Source of the DNA: an uncultured Saprospiraceae bacterium
Lineage (GTDB): Bacteria > Bacteroidota > Bacteroidia > Chitinophagales > Saprospiraceae
Length of the DNA: 64,000 nucleotides
Direction of reading: 5' to 3'
Assembly (NCBI GenBank): GCA_937125475.1
Contig: CAKZLL010000379.1
Coordinates: forward strand, 3,372 to 67,371
Every line of letters starts with the position of its first letter. The first letter of the stretch is position 1. The notes beneath the pieces were generated by a model. That model saw only the letters and a list, made by a program, of their open reading frames with translations, searched no databases and was not told the DNA's origin. The position numbers and the translations under genes were made by a program. Of the stretch, positions 1 to 9,600 are shown piece after piece.

Positions 1-415
1 TTTTTTTTAAAATATTAATACTAGATTGACTTATATAATTAATAATCAACTCTTTATAAAACAAATAGGTATTCTTATTATATGCGATTTTATTCGTTAC
101 TAAAGAAATAGTCGTTTTCCTCTTTACAATATTTCATTTTTCATCTCAATTTAATAAAAAAAGACGATCAGCCTTAAAACATCTATCTAAGAAAAACATA
201 ACAAACCAAACCCTAAAATCGAGTAATTAGAAATTAATCTTATCCCAAAATTTTGTGTAACTTTAAAAGTCGAATTACAAGGAATAAAATATATTTTATA
301 TAAAAAATGGTTCTTTGAAAATTATTACAGAAGCCAATAATATTTTATGTGACTTGAATGATCTTGACGAAAGGACTATGTCACAGAAAGTTTAAATGAT
401 TAACAATCACTTTTA

Positions 416-458
416 CCTGACACCTGACACCTGACACCTCGCTCCTGATACCTTTTTA
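416..458. repeat. Heptamer tandem array (CCTGACA)x3 followed by degenerate units CCTCGCT CCTGATA CCT; solo copy of the element also present at 41191-41267
   Basis: Read directly: cctgaca cctgaca cctgaca cctcgct cctgata cct, followed by a T/A run; lies 30 nt upstream of the CDS at 488. Confidence 0.8.
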
Positions 459-487
459 AAAAAAACTGATTAAAACCAAATAAAACT

Positions 488-1645
488 ATGCTCAAATGTC
501 AAAGAAATAAATTTAGTATTACTAAAGAATATGTATATTTAAATTGCGCTTATATGTCTCCTCTTCTTCAATCTGTTCATGATGCAGGTCTAGCAGGACT
601 CATTCAAAAATCTTTTCCACAAGAAGTTTATCCCGATGATTTTTTCACGCCAGCTAATGCATTAAGGCAAGAATTTGCTACACTCATTAATGCAGCTCAT
701 AAAGATCGGATTGCTATTATTCCTTCTGCTTCTTATGGATTAGCAAATGCGGCTAATAATATTACGTTAGAATCTCATCAGAATATTATTGTTTTAGGAG
801 AACAATTTCCGAGCAATATTTATATTTGGCAAAAATTAGCAGCAAAGAACAATGCCAATATCATCACTGTACACGCGCCAAACGCGACAGAAAATAGGGC
901 TAAAATTTGGAATGAACGCTTACTTTCTACGATTAATGCTAATACAAAAGTAATTGCAATAGCAGTCGTACATTGGGCAGATGGAACATTATTTGACTTA
1001 AAAGCTATTCGAAAAAGAGCTGATGAAGTCGGTGCATTATTAATTATTGATGGTACTCAATCTGTCGGAGCATTACCTTTTGATGTCCAAGAAATTCGTC
1101 CTGATGCATTAGTTTGTACTGGTTATAAATGGCTAATGGGGCCTTATTCTATTGGTGTAGCTTATTATGGTGAATATTTTGATGATGGAGAACCAATTGA
1201 AGAAAATTGGAAAAACCGTTTAGAGAGTCAGAATTTCAGCCAATTGGTGAATTATCAACCGAAATATAAACCAATGGCTCAGCGCTATAATGTAGGCGAA
1301 TTTGGCAATTTTATTCAAGTACCTATGCTGACCGAAGCAATTCGACAACTCAATGAATGGGGCGTTGAGCAAATCAACGAATATTGCCATATTTTAATAC
1401 AAAAGCCTTTAAGGGTATTTAAAAATATGGGGTTTTGGATAGAAAGTCCTGAATATTGCAGTCCACATTTGTTTGGTGTTCGATTGCCTAAACATATTAA
1501 CATCGAAAAACTGCAACAACAATTTCAAGAAGATAGAATCAAAGTTTCTATCCGAGGCAATTCAGTAAGGATTGCACCTCATGTCTATAATGATCGAAAT
1601 GACTTTGAACGACTTGTAGCGGCTTTTGAAAAAGTATCTAAATAA
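488..1645 (+). CDS. Class V aminotransferase-fold PLP enzyme (cysteine desulfurase / selenocysteine lyase-like)
   Basis: 385-aa ORF; PLP-lysine context TGYKWLMGPYSIG and upstream IIDGTQSVG are typical of class V aminotransferases. Confidence 0.75.
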   Translation: MLKCQRNKFSITKEYVYLNCAYMSPLLQSVHDAGLAGLIQKSFPQEVYPDDFFTPANALRQEFATLINAAHKDRIAIIPSASYGLANAANNITLESHQNIIVLGEQFPSNIYIWQKLAAKNNANIITVHAPNATENRAKIWNERLLSTINANTKVIAIAVVHWADGTLFDLKAIRKRADEVGALLIIDGTQSVGALPFDVQEIRPDALVCTGYKWLMGPYSIGVAYYGEYFDDGEPIEENWKNRLESQNFSQLVNYQPKYKPMAQRYNVGEFGNFIQVPMLTEAIRQLNEWGVEQINEYCHILIQKPLRVFKNMGFWIESPEYCSPHLFGVRLPKHINIEKLQQQFQEDRIKVSIRGNSVRIAPHVYNDRNDFERLVAAFEKVSK

Positions 1646-2123
1646 TGATTTTATTCTAAGATGCTATATAAATATTTTATAGTTTTTTAGTCAATTGTAT
1701 TTTACACAAAACACAATTGACTAAAAAAACTATACGTATCAATCTACTAATCAAATGTTAATATTTTAAAAACAGTGCAACATTTTTTCTTTTCTTACCG
1801 TTATAGTAATAATATAAGACAGGCTTCTGACCCAATCATTTCATGCACATCTTCCAAACTCTGCACTTTTACATTTAAAAAAGCATAATATTTTCATTAT
1901 ATTTGAAAAAAAAATATTTGTTTTATTTTTCCTAATTATTAAACTATTAACTAAATCATTAAGTCATGAATGTAATACTATTATGCGCAGTGGCCTTTAT
2001 AGGCTTTATTTTTCTAGCGGAAAACAGTGCAACTACAAAACCTAAAAGGCACTAATTTTTTTATAATTTACCAGCGGTTTAATCAATTTACTATTCCTTT
2101 CCCAAATCAAATATAAAATATAA

Positions 2124-2146
2124 GCATAAAGTCTAGGACTTTATGC
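2124..2146 (-). terminator. Hairpin terminator downstream of bcp
   Basis: gcataaagtc / gactttatgc 10-bp stem with a 3-nt loop, followed on the minus strand by a T-rich tract; 32 nt past the bcp stop. Confidence 0.55.
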
Positions 2147-2177
2147 TTTCACTATATTATAATTATTCAGTGGTAGT

Positions 2178-2639
2178 TTAATGAGCTGCATTCAAAATTT
2201 GAGCAGCATGATCCTTTGATTTCACTTTTGCAAAAACATGATCAATTATTCCTTTCTCATTGATTACAAATGTTGTTCTAAAAATACCTTCTTTAATTTT
2301 TCCAAACATTTTTTTCTGACCAAAAACACCATATTTTTGAATAACCTCTTTGGTCTCATCTGCTAACAATGGAAAAGGAAGACTATGTTTATTAATAAAA
2401 TTTTGATGCTTTTTTTGTGTATCTCCACTTACACCTAAGAGCGAATAACCTGCCGCTTGAAGTGCCATATAATTATCTCGTAAGTTACAGACTTCAATAG
2501 TACAAGTTGGCGTATTATCCCTAGGATAGAAAAACAAAATGAGTTTCTTTCCTTTATAATCACTTAATTTTATTGCTTTTCCGTTTTGATCTACGCTTTC
2601 AAAAGCTGGTGCTTCTTGCCCCGTTTTTAATGTTATCAT
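2178..2639 (-). CDS. bcp: Thioredoxin-dependent peroxiredoxin Bcp
   Basis: 153 aa; FFYPRDNTPTCTIEVC peroxidatic-Cys motif and overall AhpC/TSA layout. Confidence 0.9.
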   Translation of the reverse strand: MITLKTGQEAPAFESVDQNGKAIKLSDYKGKKLILFFYPRDNTPTCTIEVCNLRDNYMALQAAGYSLLGVSGDTQKKHQNFINKHSLPFPLLADETKEVIQKYGVFGQKKMFGKIKEGIFRTTFVINEKGIIDHVFAKVKSKDHAAQILNAAH

Positions 2640-2730
2640 ATATCTAATTTCGTATTAATTATTATCATTTAGAACTTTAGAAAGTTCGTAAAATGATGAA
2701 CAGGACGAGTTCTGATTTGTTTTATAATTT

Positions 2731-3174
2731 TTAGAGCTTTAGGTTTTTAGAGTATATTGTTAAGCCTTTAGGCGCTAATAATGTTTTATCATCAAAGTCA
2801 TACATATTGATATAAATTCCTAAAGTATCTGTACCACCTTCCCAATATACAGCATACAAATCCAATAATCCACCACCAAAAATTTCATTCTTACTTTCAA
2901 AAGCACAACAACTTCCTCTCCGAAAATAATCAATTTTTTCTCCATTTGGGCCTGCTAATGCATTGAGGTATCGTCGTTCATTGAGTGGTCCTGATCCATC
3001 CTTCACACCTCCTACTTTTATTGGATTTTTTTCGGTAACACCATAGGTAGCATCAGTAGAGACGCTTTCCAGTTTAAAGGTTCGATTATCCAATAATTTG
3101 GGCTTGACTGATTTGCTTGCAGACTTGCAACCAATAATAAGAATTACAAAAGCTAATGTTAATAGCTGTTTCAT
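2731..3174 (-). CDS. Hypothetical lipoprotein
   Basis: ORF track gives 2731-3300. The internal Met at 3174 starts MKQLLTLAFVILIIGCKS (signal peptide plus lipobox Cys), so I prefer the shorter start. Confidence 0.6.
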   Translation of the reverse strand: MKQLLTLAFVILIIGCKSASKSVKPKLLDNRTFKLESVSTDATYGVTEKNPIKVGGVKDGSGPLNERRYLNALAGPNGEKIDYFRRGSCCAFESKNEIFGGGLLDLYAVYWEGGTDTLGIYINMYDFDDKTLLAPKGLTIYSKNLKL

Positions 3175-3551
3175 GAGAAATGGTTTTAAGTTAAAAAATA
3201 TGGTTTTTGATAATAATGGATTATACTTTTTCTCTTCTTTAATGATGCTGATGAACTTGTTTGAAGTAGCTATAAGAAAAATTACAATTGTAATTATCAA
3301 ATGCTCTTATAATTAGATATGCTCTTATGAAGGATAAGGTAGTTATTTTTCTATTCAAAGATGAAATTTTACGCGGTTTCAATAATATTTTTTTTATTCA
3401 AATAATAATGATTAGCATATTAAAGGATCAAATAGACTTAATATTTATGTCAATTATAAAAATTGAGTAACAATTTAGGCGGAATACTGTTATTTTGTTA
3501 ATTGTATTAATAATAGACTTGTACGGCGACGACTTAATTCGCTATAATGAT

Positions 3552-3640
3552 GAAATTTTATTTTGTACTTCGTTAAAATTTTCAGTAATAGTTCTGACTA
3601 TTCCGAAAAATATCACCTCGAACAAAACAAAATTTTATAC
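3552..3640. repeat. Imperfect AT-rich inverted repeat (core arms about 21 nt) enclosing a small inner hairpin aatagt-tctg-actatt
   Basis: gaaattttattttgtacttcg (3552-3572) pairs with cgaacaaaacaaaattttatac (3619-3640), with one bulge and one mismatch; weaker outer complementarity extends to about 3521-3668. Confidence 0.4.
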
Positions 3641-3780
3641 TGTTTTGCTAAATCGCTAGCCGCTATACAAATCTAATGTACCTTTAGAAATAAACAATTT
3701 TAATTTTCACTTAGAAACATGTAAAAAACAATCAAACTGTTATAGGTTATTTTTTACACATTCTTTAGATATATTTTTTC

Positions 3781-4437
3781 ATGAAAGTAGATAATACCTT
3801 TATTGCAAATTTGAGAGCTGATTATTTAGCTGCAACTTTATCCACTAAAGATGTGGACAAAAATCCCTTTCTTCAATTTGAAAAATGGTTTCAAGAGGCA
3901 GTAAGTGCTAATTTGCACCAGCCTAATGCCATGACTTTAGCAACAGCATCTAAAAGCGGACAGCCAAGCGCAAGGATTGTTTTATTAAAAGATTATAATG
4001 AAAAAGGCTTTGTTTTTTTTACTAATTTTCAAAGTAAAAAAGGGCAAGAATTAGAAGAAAATCCACAAGCAGCATTGGTCTTTTTATGGTTAGAATTACA
4101 ACGTCAACTTAGAATTGAAGGAAGTGTTGAAAGAGTGTCAACTGAAGAGGCGAATGCTTATTTTAAAAGCCGACCAAAAGGCAGTCAAATCAGTGCCTAT
4201 GCTTCGCCTCAGAGCGAAGTTGTGCAAAATAGAGCTGTTTTGGAACGTAATGTTGAAGCTTTAGAAAAAAAATATGAAGGCGAAGACGGATTACCTTTAC
4301 CTGAGTTTTGGGGAGGTTTTAGGATTGTACCGACTTTTATTGAATTTTGGCAGGGACGATCTAGCCGTTTGCATGATCGAATTGCCTATCAAAAACAGGG
4401 AGATGGAAGTTGGAAAATTGAAAGATTAGCACCTTAA
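3781..4437 (+). CDS. pdxH: Pyridoxamine 5'-phosphate oxidase
   Basis: 218 aa; RIEGSVERVSTEEANAYFKSRPKGSQISAYASPQS and the C-terminal FWQGRSSRLHDRI match the PdxH signature regions. Confidence 0.92.
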   Translation: MKVDNTFIANLRADYLAATLSTKDVDKNPFLQFEKWFQEAVSANLHQPNAMTLATASKSGQPSARIVLLKDYNEKGFVFFTNFQSKKGQELEENPQAALVFLWLELQRQLRIEGSVERVSTEEANAYFKSRPKGSQISAYASPQSEVVQNRAVLERNVEALEKKYEGEDGLPLPEFWGGFRIVPTFIEFWQGRSSRLHDRIAYQKQGDGSWKIERLAP

Positions 4438-4485
4438 TTAAATTTCGACGGTCGAAAATAGGCAATCGACCGTCGAAAAATTCAT

Positions 4486-5046
4486 TTATTCAGACAATTG
4501 TAAACTTATAATCGTCTCAAACATTTTTTTATATTTTCTGGATTTAAGATAGAATTTTCTAGCCGTTCCGACCATTGCATCTGTCAAATCATCACCAATG
4601 AAAATTTTGTCATTCACCCCTACTCCGACAATACTTTTATCACCAAAATACGCAGCCTGGCGACCGATATTTTTCTCATCTTGATAATAATCGGTATAGG
4701 AAGCGATGTTTTTTTCGGTTTCATCAAAGATGAAGTTTTGGTAAGCCATTTCTTTTCCTTTCACTAATGAAACGACAATTTTTACTAATCGAATTTCTCC
4801 GCTATCATTAATTTCAAAATAACAAGTGATTTCTTCACCATAGCCTTTTGCGCCTCCCCATATTTTTTTGTCTGCATTCAGATTGAAAACATGTCGATAA
4901 TAAACGCCTTTAGAAATATTAGTAGAAACTTGATTATCTGTCTTGATAATTTCTTGTAAAGCAGCTTCTTCATCTTTCTGAGCCGTCAAAGTATTGGAAT
5001 ACATGCATATTCCTAAAAACAATAAAAGTGTTATTCTTTTTTTCAT
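4486..5046 (-). CDS. Hypothetical secreted protein
   Basis: 186 aa with an N-terminal signal peptide (MKKRITLLLFLGICMYSNTLTAQ); no recognisable family. Confidence 0.6.
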   Translation of the reverse strand: MKKRITLLLFLGICMYSNTLTAQKDEEAALQEIIKTDNQVSTNISKGVYYRHVFNLNADKKIWGGAKGYGEEITCYFEINDSGEIRLVKIVVSLVKGKEMAYQNFIFDETEKNIASYTDYYQDEKNIGRQAAYFGDKSIVGVGVNDKIFIGDDLTDAMVGTARKFYLKSRKYKKMFETIISLQLSE

Positions 5047-5123
5047 TATTATTCATTTTATAAAATGTAGGTTCGTTCACAAATCACATTTGAGACGACA
5101 ATCATTCTAAAAAGAAACGAAAA

Positions 5124-6278
5124 TTAACTAACTATTGCTTTATCAAAAACCATTGTATCAATTATTTTTTGATAATAGGCTTCATAATTTGGCAAAATAT
5201 TATCCAAATCAAACGTTCTAGCCTGTTCTAACGCATTTTTTCTAAATTCTTTGAGTGTTGCTTCATCTTTTAAAATGCTAATCGCATTTTTTGCCATATC
5301 ATCAACATCTCCTACATCGCTCAAAAATCCCGTTTTGCCTTGAAGATTAATTTCTGGTAAACCGCCAGCATTGGTAGAAATCACAGGCACTTCACACGCC
5401 ATTGCTTCTAAGGCCGCGAGACCAAAACTTTCTGTTCCCGAAGGCAAAATAAATAAATCAGCAATAGCTAATAACTCCTCAACAGGATCTTGTTTGCCCA
5501 AAAATCGAACATCTTCACAAATATTTAATTCTCGGCACATTCGCTCCGCATCACTTCTTTCAGGGCCATCTCCTACTAAAAGTAACTTACTCGGAAGAAC
5601 ATCGCGCACTCTTTTAAAGACTTTAATGACATCCGTAATTCGCTTGACTTTCCTAAAATTAGAGACGTGAATTAAGATTTTTTCGCCATTAGGCGCAATC
5701 GCTTTTTTAAAATGCTCCTTATCTGATCGTCTAAATCGCTCAAAATCAATAAAATTATAAATGACTTCTATCTCTTTATTAATTTTAAAATGATCATATG
5801 TCTCTCTTTTTAAACTTTCAGAAACAGCGGTTACCCCGTCCGACTTATTAATTGAAAAAGCAACAACAGGAGCAAAAGTTGGATTTTTGCCCACCAAAGT
5901 AATGTCTGTACCATGCAAAGTAGTCACGACAGGAATATATTTTCCTTCCGTCAATAGTATTTTTTTGGCTAAATAAGCAACATTAGCATGTGGAATCGCA
6001 TAATGAACATGAAGAATATCTAGTTTTTCATATTTAATTACATCCACTAATTTGCTTGCTAATGCTGTTTCGTAAGGCGTGTGTTCAAAAAGCGGATAAT
6101 CAAGGTTTCGAACTTCATGAAAATATAAATTCTCTTGAAAAGTTGCACTCAATCTCGCTGGTTGGCTATAGGTGATAAAATGCACCTGATGACCTTTTCT
6201 TGCTAATCCTTTCCCTAATTCAGTAGCAACAACGCCACTACCACCATAAGTTGGATAACATACAATTCCTATCTTCAT
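5124..6278 (-). CDS. bshA: GT4 glycosyltransferase, BshA-type (N-acetyl-alpha-D-glucosaminyl L-malate synthase, bacillithiol pathway)
   Basis: 384 aa; N-terminus MKIGIVCYPTYGGSGVVATELGKGLARKGHQVHFI and the C-terminal E-x7-E region (PSGTESFGLAALEAMACEVP) are typical of BshA/GT4. Confidence 0.78.
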   Translation of the reverse strand: MKIGIVCYPTYGGSGVVATELGKGLARKGHQVHFITYSQPARLSATFQENLYFHEVRNLDYPLFEHTPYETALASKLVDVIKYEKLDILHVHYAIPHANVAYLAKKILLTEGKYIPVVTTLHGTDITLVGKNPTFAPVVAFSINKSDGVTAVSESLKRETYDHFKINKEIEVIYNFIDFERFRRSDKEHFKKAIAPNGEKILIHVSNFRKVKRITDVIKVFKRVRDVLPSKLLLVGDGPERSDAERMCRELNICEDVRFLGKQDPVEELLAIADLFILPSGTESFGLAALEAMACEVPVISTNAGGLPEINLQGKTGFLSDVGDVDDMAKNAISILKDEATLKEFRKNALEQARTFDLDNILPNYEAYYQKIIDTMVFDKAIVS

Positions 6279-6358
6279 ACGCTAGGCGATCGTTTTTTTT
6301 ATTTTAAAAATAAAGACTATTAACTAAACATCAATGACTTTAAGAAAGTACTTTTTTT

Positions 6359-6511
6359 GGGGTATAATTTAGTTTTTCGCATTAATTATTTTAAGAAGGT
6401 AGTCATCAGGTGAGTTATTGTTCAAATTATTAGTTGATATACCACTAATCAACTTTAACACTTCACTCATCTGATGACTTTTATTCAAAAACGAAGAATA
6501 GAATTACACCC
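6359..6511. repeat. About 150-nt three-tier imperfect palindrome in the bshA / FG-GAP divergent intergenic region
   Basis: Outer ggggtataatttagtttttcg / cgaagaatagaattacaccc; middle agtcatcaggtgagt (6401-6415) / actcatctgatgact (6465-6479, one G-T position); inner agttgat / atcaact. Confidence 0.6.
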
Positions 6512-6772
6512 TAATTTTTCTATTAATACTAAGTAATTGTCAATTGAATATAGTTTTGCTAAAGTCCCTAACAAAAATAGGCTTTAAAAGTTATTTCTAC
6601 GAATGTAAAATACATGACGAATAATAACATCTTTTCAAGAAATATTAATAATAATTAGACTTTCTCATTCCCTAGTCATAATGGTTTTCTATGAAAAATA
6701 GTAACTTTAGGCTTCATTACTTCCATCAACATTAGTCTTTATTTATTCAAATTTTACAAAATCCATCACCTG

Positions 6773-8554
6773 ATGAAAATAATATGGAGTCGCATTTTTT
6801 ATACTCAACTACTTTTGAGCTTATTATTATTTTCTATAAATAGTATTGCTCAACCATTTCAAGAAGTTAGTCAACAAGTAGGGATTAATGTGATATATGG
6901 TTGGGATGGTTTGACTAGTGGAGGTGTTAGTTTTGTAGATTTCAATATGGATGGTTGGGACGATTTGACATTCACTACATCAGCGGGCGATAGCATTCAT
7001 TTTTATCAAAATAACAAAAACGGAACATTCACAAAACTATCCAGTCTTGTTCCAGAGACAGGTTGGGCGCGTGGCATTCTTTGGGCGGATTTTGATAATG
7101 ATGGCGATAGAGATTTTTTTATTGCCAATGAAGGAAGCCCTAATCATTTATATGAAAATAAAGGAAATTTGCAATTAGTCAATATCACAGCAACCGCTGG
7201 ACTACCTGATTTCTTAACGGATGATTCCTATGGAGCGAGTTTTTGTGATTATAATAATGACGGTAATATTGATCTATATGTGATGAACAGAACAGGACAA
7301 TATTCCAATCAAATGTTCAAGAATAACGGCGATAAAACTTTTACTAATTCCAGTTTTACTACAAATACTCATGACAGTCTTCGATTGTCTTTTACTGCTT
7401 CATTTTTTGATATGAATATGGATGGCTATCAAGACTTTTTTGTGGCACAAGACAAATTGTACATGAGAAATAGTCTATACAAAAATAATGGTAATGAAAC
7501 CTTTTCGGATATTACCGATATTTCGGGGACAGCTTCTTTTATTGATGGAATGTCTGCTGCGGTCGGTGATTATGATTTGGATGGTGATCAAGATATTTAT
7601 GTGACAAATACGCCTGCCAATACAGGAAATATTTTGTATCGAAACAATGGTGATGAAACCTTTACAGATGTTGCAGAACAAATGAGTGTCAATATGTTAA
7701 CAACTAGCTGGGGCGCGAATTTCTTTGATTATGATAATGATTTAGATGAAGATTTGTTTGTCTGTATTAGTGATTCTTTTACTAAACATAATCGCCTTTT
7801 TAGGAATAATGAAGGCACAAGTTTTACAGATATGTTCACAGATAATAATAGCTTACCAACTGATACAATTCCTTGTTTTTCTACTGCTTATGGCGATTTT
7901 AATAATGATGGTCAAATTGATATTGTGGCACAATCTTTTGCACCTTTCAAATCTCGGCTATGGCAAAACACGCTGAATAATAGCAACAAATGGCTAAAAA
8001 TACGGCTAGAAGGCACACAAAGTAATCGAGATGGAATCGGAACGCTTTTGGAATTATATATTAATGGTCAGAAATATATTCGATATGTTCATTGTGGCGA
8101 TGGTTTCTTGGCTCAAAATTCTTTTGTCAAACATTTTGGAATGAGTAATCACTCAACTGCGGATTCTTTAATTGTTAAATGGTTGAGCGGTCAAGTAGAT
8201 CGGTTTTATAGCGTTACAGCTAATCAAACATTGCAAGTGCAAGAAGGCATGACTGTTAGTAATCAATCTACTATTAATATTGAAAAGAGTTTTAAAATTA
8301 AAAACATTTATCCCAATCCAACTCAAAATAAACCTATCACAATCGTTCTTCATTCTAAAAAAAATCAATCCATAGACGTTATTTTTATTAATAAATTAGG
8401 ACAAATTATTTACCAAGAAAAAAGAACGATAATGACTGGTAATCAATCTATTATAGTTCCGACAGCGCAAATAAAAGAAACAGGTGTGATTAGATGTATT
8501 ATTACTAATGAGAACGAACGAACAGAGGGCATATTTTTAAATTTAAACAATTAA
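6773..8554 (+). CDS. FG-GAP/VCBS repeat protein with ASPIC/UnbV-like domain (CRTAC1 family), T9SS cargo
   Basis: 593 aa; signal peptide; repeated D-x-D/N-x-DG-x-x-D FG-GAP calcium-binding motifs; RDGIGT motif; C-terminal IYPNPTQNK...GQIIY sorting domain. Confidence 0.8.
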   Translation: MKIIWSRIFYTQLLLSLLLFSINSIAQPFQEVSQQVGINVIYGWDGLTSGGVSFVDFNMDGWDDLTFTTSAGDSIHFYQNNKNGTFTKLSSLVPETGWARGILWADFDNDGDRDFFIANEGSPNHLYENKGNLQLVNITATAGLPDFLTDDSYGASFCDYNNDGNIDLYVMNRTGQYSNQMFKNNGDKTFTNSSFTTNTHDSLRLSFTASFFDMNMDGYQDFFVAQDKLYMRNSLYKNNGNETFSDITDISGTASFIDGMSAAVGDYDLDGDQDIYVTNTPANTGNILYRNNGDETFTDVAEQMSVNMLTTSWGANFFDYDNDLDEDLFVCISDSFTKHNRLFRNNEGTSFTDMFTDNNSLPTDTIPCFSTAYGDFNNDGQIDIVAQSFAPFKSRLWQNTLNNSNKWLKIRLEGTQSNRDGIGTLLELYINGQKYIRYVHCGDGFLAQNSFVKHFGMSNHSTADSLIVKWLSGQVDRFYSVTANQTLQVQEGMTVSNQSTINIEKSFKIKNIYPNPTQNKPITIVLHSKKNQSIDVIFINKLGQIIYQEKRTIMTGNQSIIVPTAQIKETGVIRCIITNENERTEGIFLNLNN

Positions 8555-8660
8555 TATAAGAAATATTAAAATTTATTATTCAAAATCATTTACTATTTAA
8601 TCTGTTTTTGCGACTACTTATTTATGAAAATTCAAATTAAGTAATTTTTAAAACAGTATT

Positions 8661-9506
8661 ATGAAAAACTTAAAATTAACTTTAATTCTTTTAGTCTTTT
8701 TCTTTACCTCTTGCGAACGCTCTGAGCCTGAAAATATTAATTGCCCTGTTATTACAGTAAGCAGTACGCCTGTTTGTGGAGCATCACTTTGTTGTGAATT
8801 ATCTTATCTTTCACTACAAACTAGTCCATATACTACACTTAACAATATTTCAGATGTTTTTGTAAATTATAATTCATCTTTGCTTTTTACACAAACCTCT
8901 ATTCCTTCTTCTTACTCAGGACAATCAGTACCTTTTCTTAACAGTCAAGGGGGAAATGAACTTGCATTTAGAGATGGTCCAATTCCAACACAAACTAGTC
9001 CAAGTGATAAGCCTTACACTATTCAATTTACTTATACAGATGGAAATGGAGTACAACAAACTTGTATCACAGAACCTTTTCAGATAACAAGAACAACAGG
9101 TATTGATAGTGATGGAATCAATCTATTTTATCATCCTACGCCTTTATTTTTGAACCCAACTCAATTCAATAACTATCGAACAAATGTTTTTTTCCAAAAT
9201 GATCCTATTACATTATATGAAGCTAATAGCGACATCGTTAATTACACGTTAGAATTGGAAGAATTAGATCAACAAGGCAATGTTATTTCAACAACTCCAC
9301 ACAATCAGACTTATTATCCTCCTGCTGATAATAATATAGATATTAAGAATATTTTCAATATTGGAAATGCTCCAACACAAACAGCTTCAAGGATGTTTAG
9401 ACTTAATATTAATACTAGAGATTGTACTAATACTCTACTTACAATAAGTAAAGAATTTAGACTGGATTATAGAGTAAGACAAAAACTTATTAGAGTAGGA
9501 ATATAA
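8661..9506 (+). CDS. Hypothetical lipoprotein
   Basis: 281 aa; signal plus lipobox (LLVFFFTSC); no recognisable family; co-directional with the preceding gene. Confidence 0.55.
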   Translation: MKNLKLTLILLVFFFTSCERSEPENINCPVITVSSTPVCGASLCCELSYLSLQTSPYTTLNNISDVFVNYNSSLLFTQTSIPSSYSGQSVPFLNSQGGNELAFRDGPIPTQTSPSDKPYTIQFTYTDGNGVQQTCITEPFQITRTTGIDSDGINLFYHPTPLFLNPTQFNNYRTNVFFQNDPITLYEANSDIVNYTLELEELDQQGNVISTTPHNQTYYPPADNNIDIKNIFNIGNAPTQTASRMFRLNINTRDCTNTLLTISKEFRLDYRVRQKLIRVGI

Positions 9507-9530
9507 ACTAAAAAATATTATAAAACCCTG

Positions 9531-9586
9531 ATTACCAGATCTTATTGTATTCATTTTTTAAAATAGATACAATAAGATCTGGTAAT
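9531..9586. terminator. Bidirectional hairpin between convergent genes
   Basis: attaccagatcttattgta / tacaataagatctggtaat 19-bp stem with an A/T-rich loop, between the 3' ends of 8661-9506(+) and 9601-11814(-). Confidence 0.7.
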
Positions 9587-9600
9587 AATTCAAAATAATA

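Noticed and set aside
1684-1727. Hairpin tttttagtcaattgt / acaattgactaaaaa as the canonical terminator of the 488-1645 gene
   Set aside because: On both strands the T-run precedes the stem and the A-run follows it, so it lacks a 3' U-tract. It may still be a weak terminator or a protein site, but I do not call it.
2731-3300. Full 189-aa version of the lipoprotein ORF
   Set aside because: The extra 42 N-terminal residues are AT-rich junk-like sequence preceding a canonical signal peptide plus lipobox that starts at the Met at 3174.
5371-5670. 99-aa ORF antisense to bshA; similar nested ORFs at 1315-1503, 3098-3316, 7475-7976, 8168-8368, 10180-11141, 13870-14433, 17676-17867, 19341-19939, 20822-21007, 22198-24163, 25429-25632, 30568-30807, 31909-32109, 33636-34595, 37769-37963, 39536-39898, 42092-42286, 47764-48093, 48681-49365, 49886-50158, 53941-54425, 54841-55086, 57346-57579, 59378-59809, 61435-62614
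   Set aside because: All are embedded in, or antisense to, longer ORFs with clear family signatures. They have no motifs of their own and show the skewed composition typical of off-frame translation.
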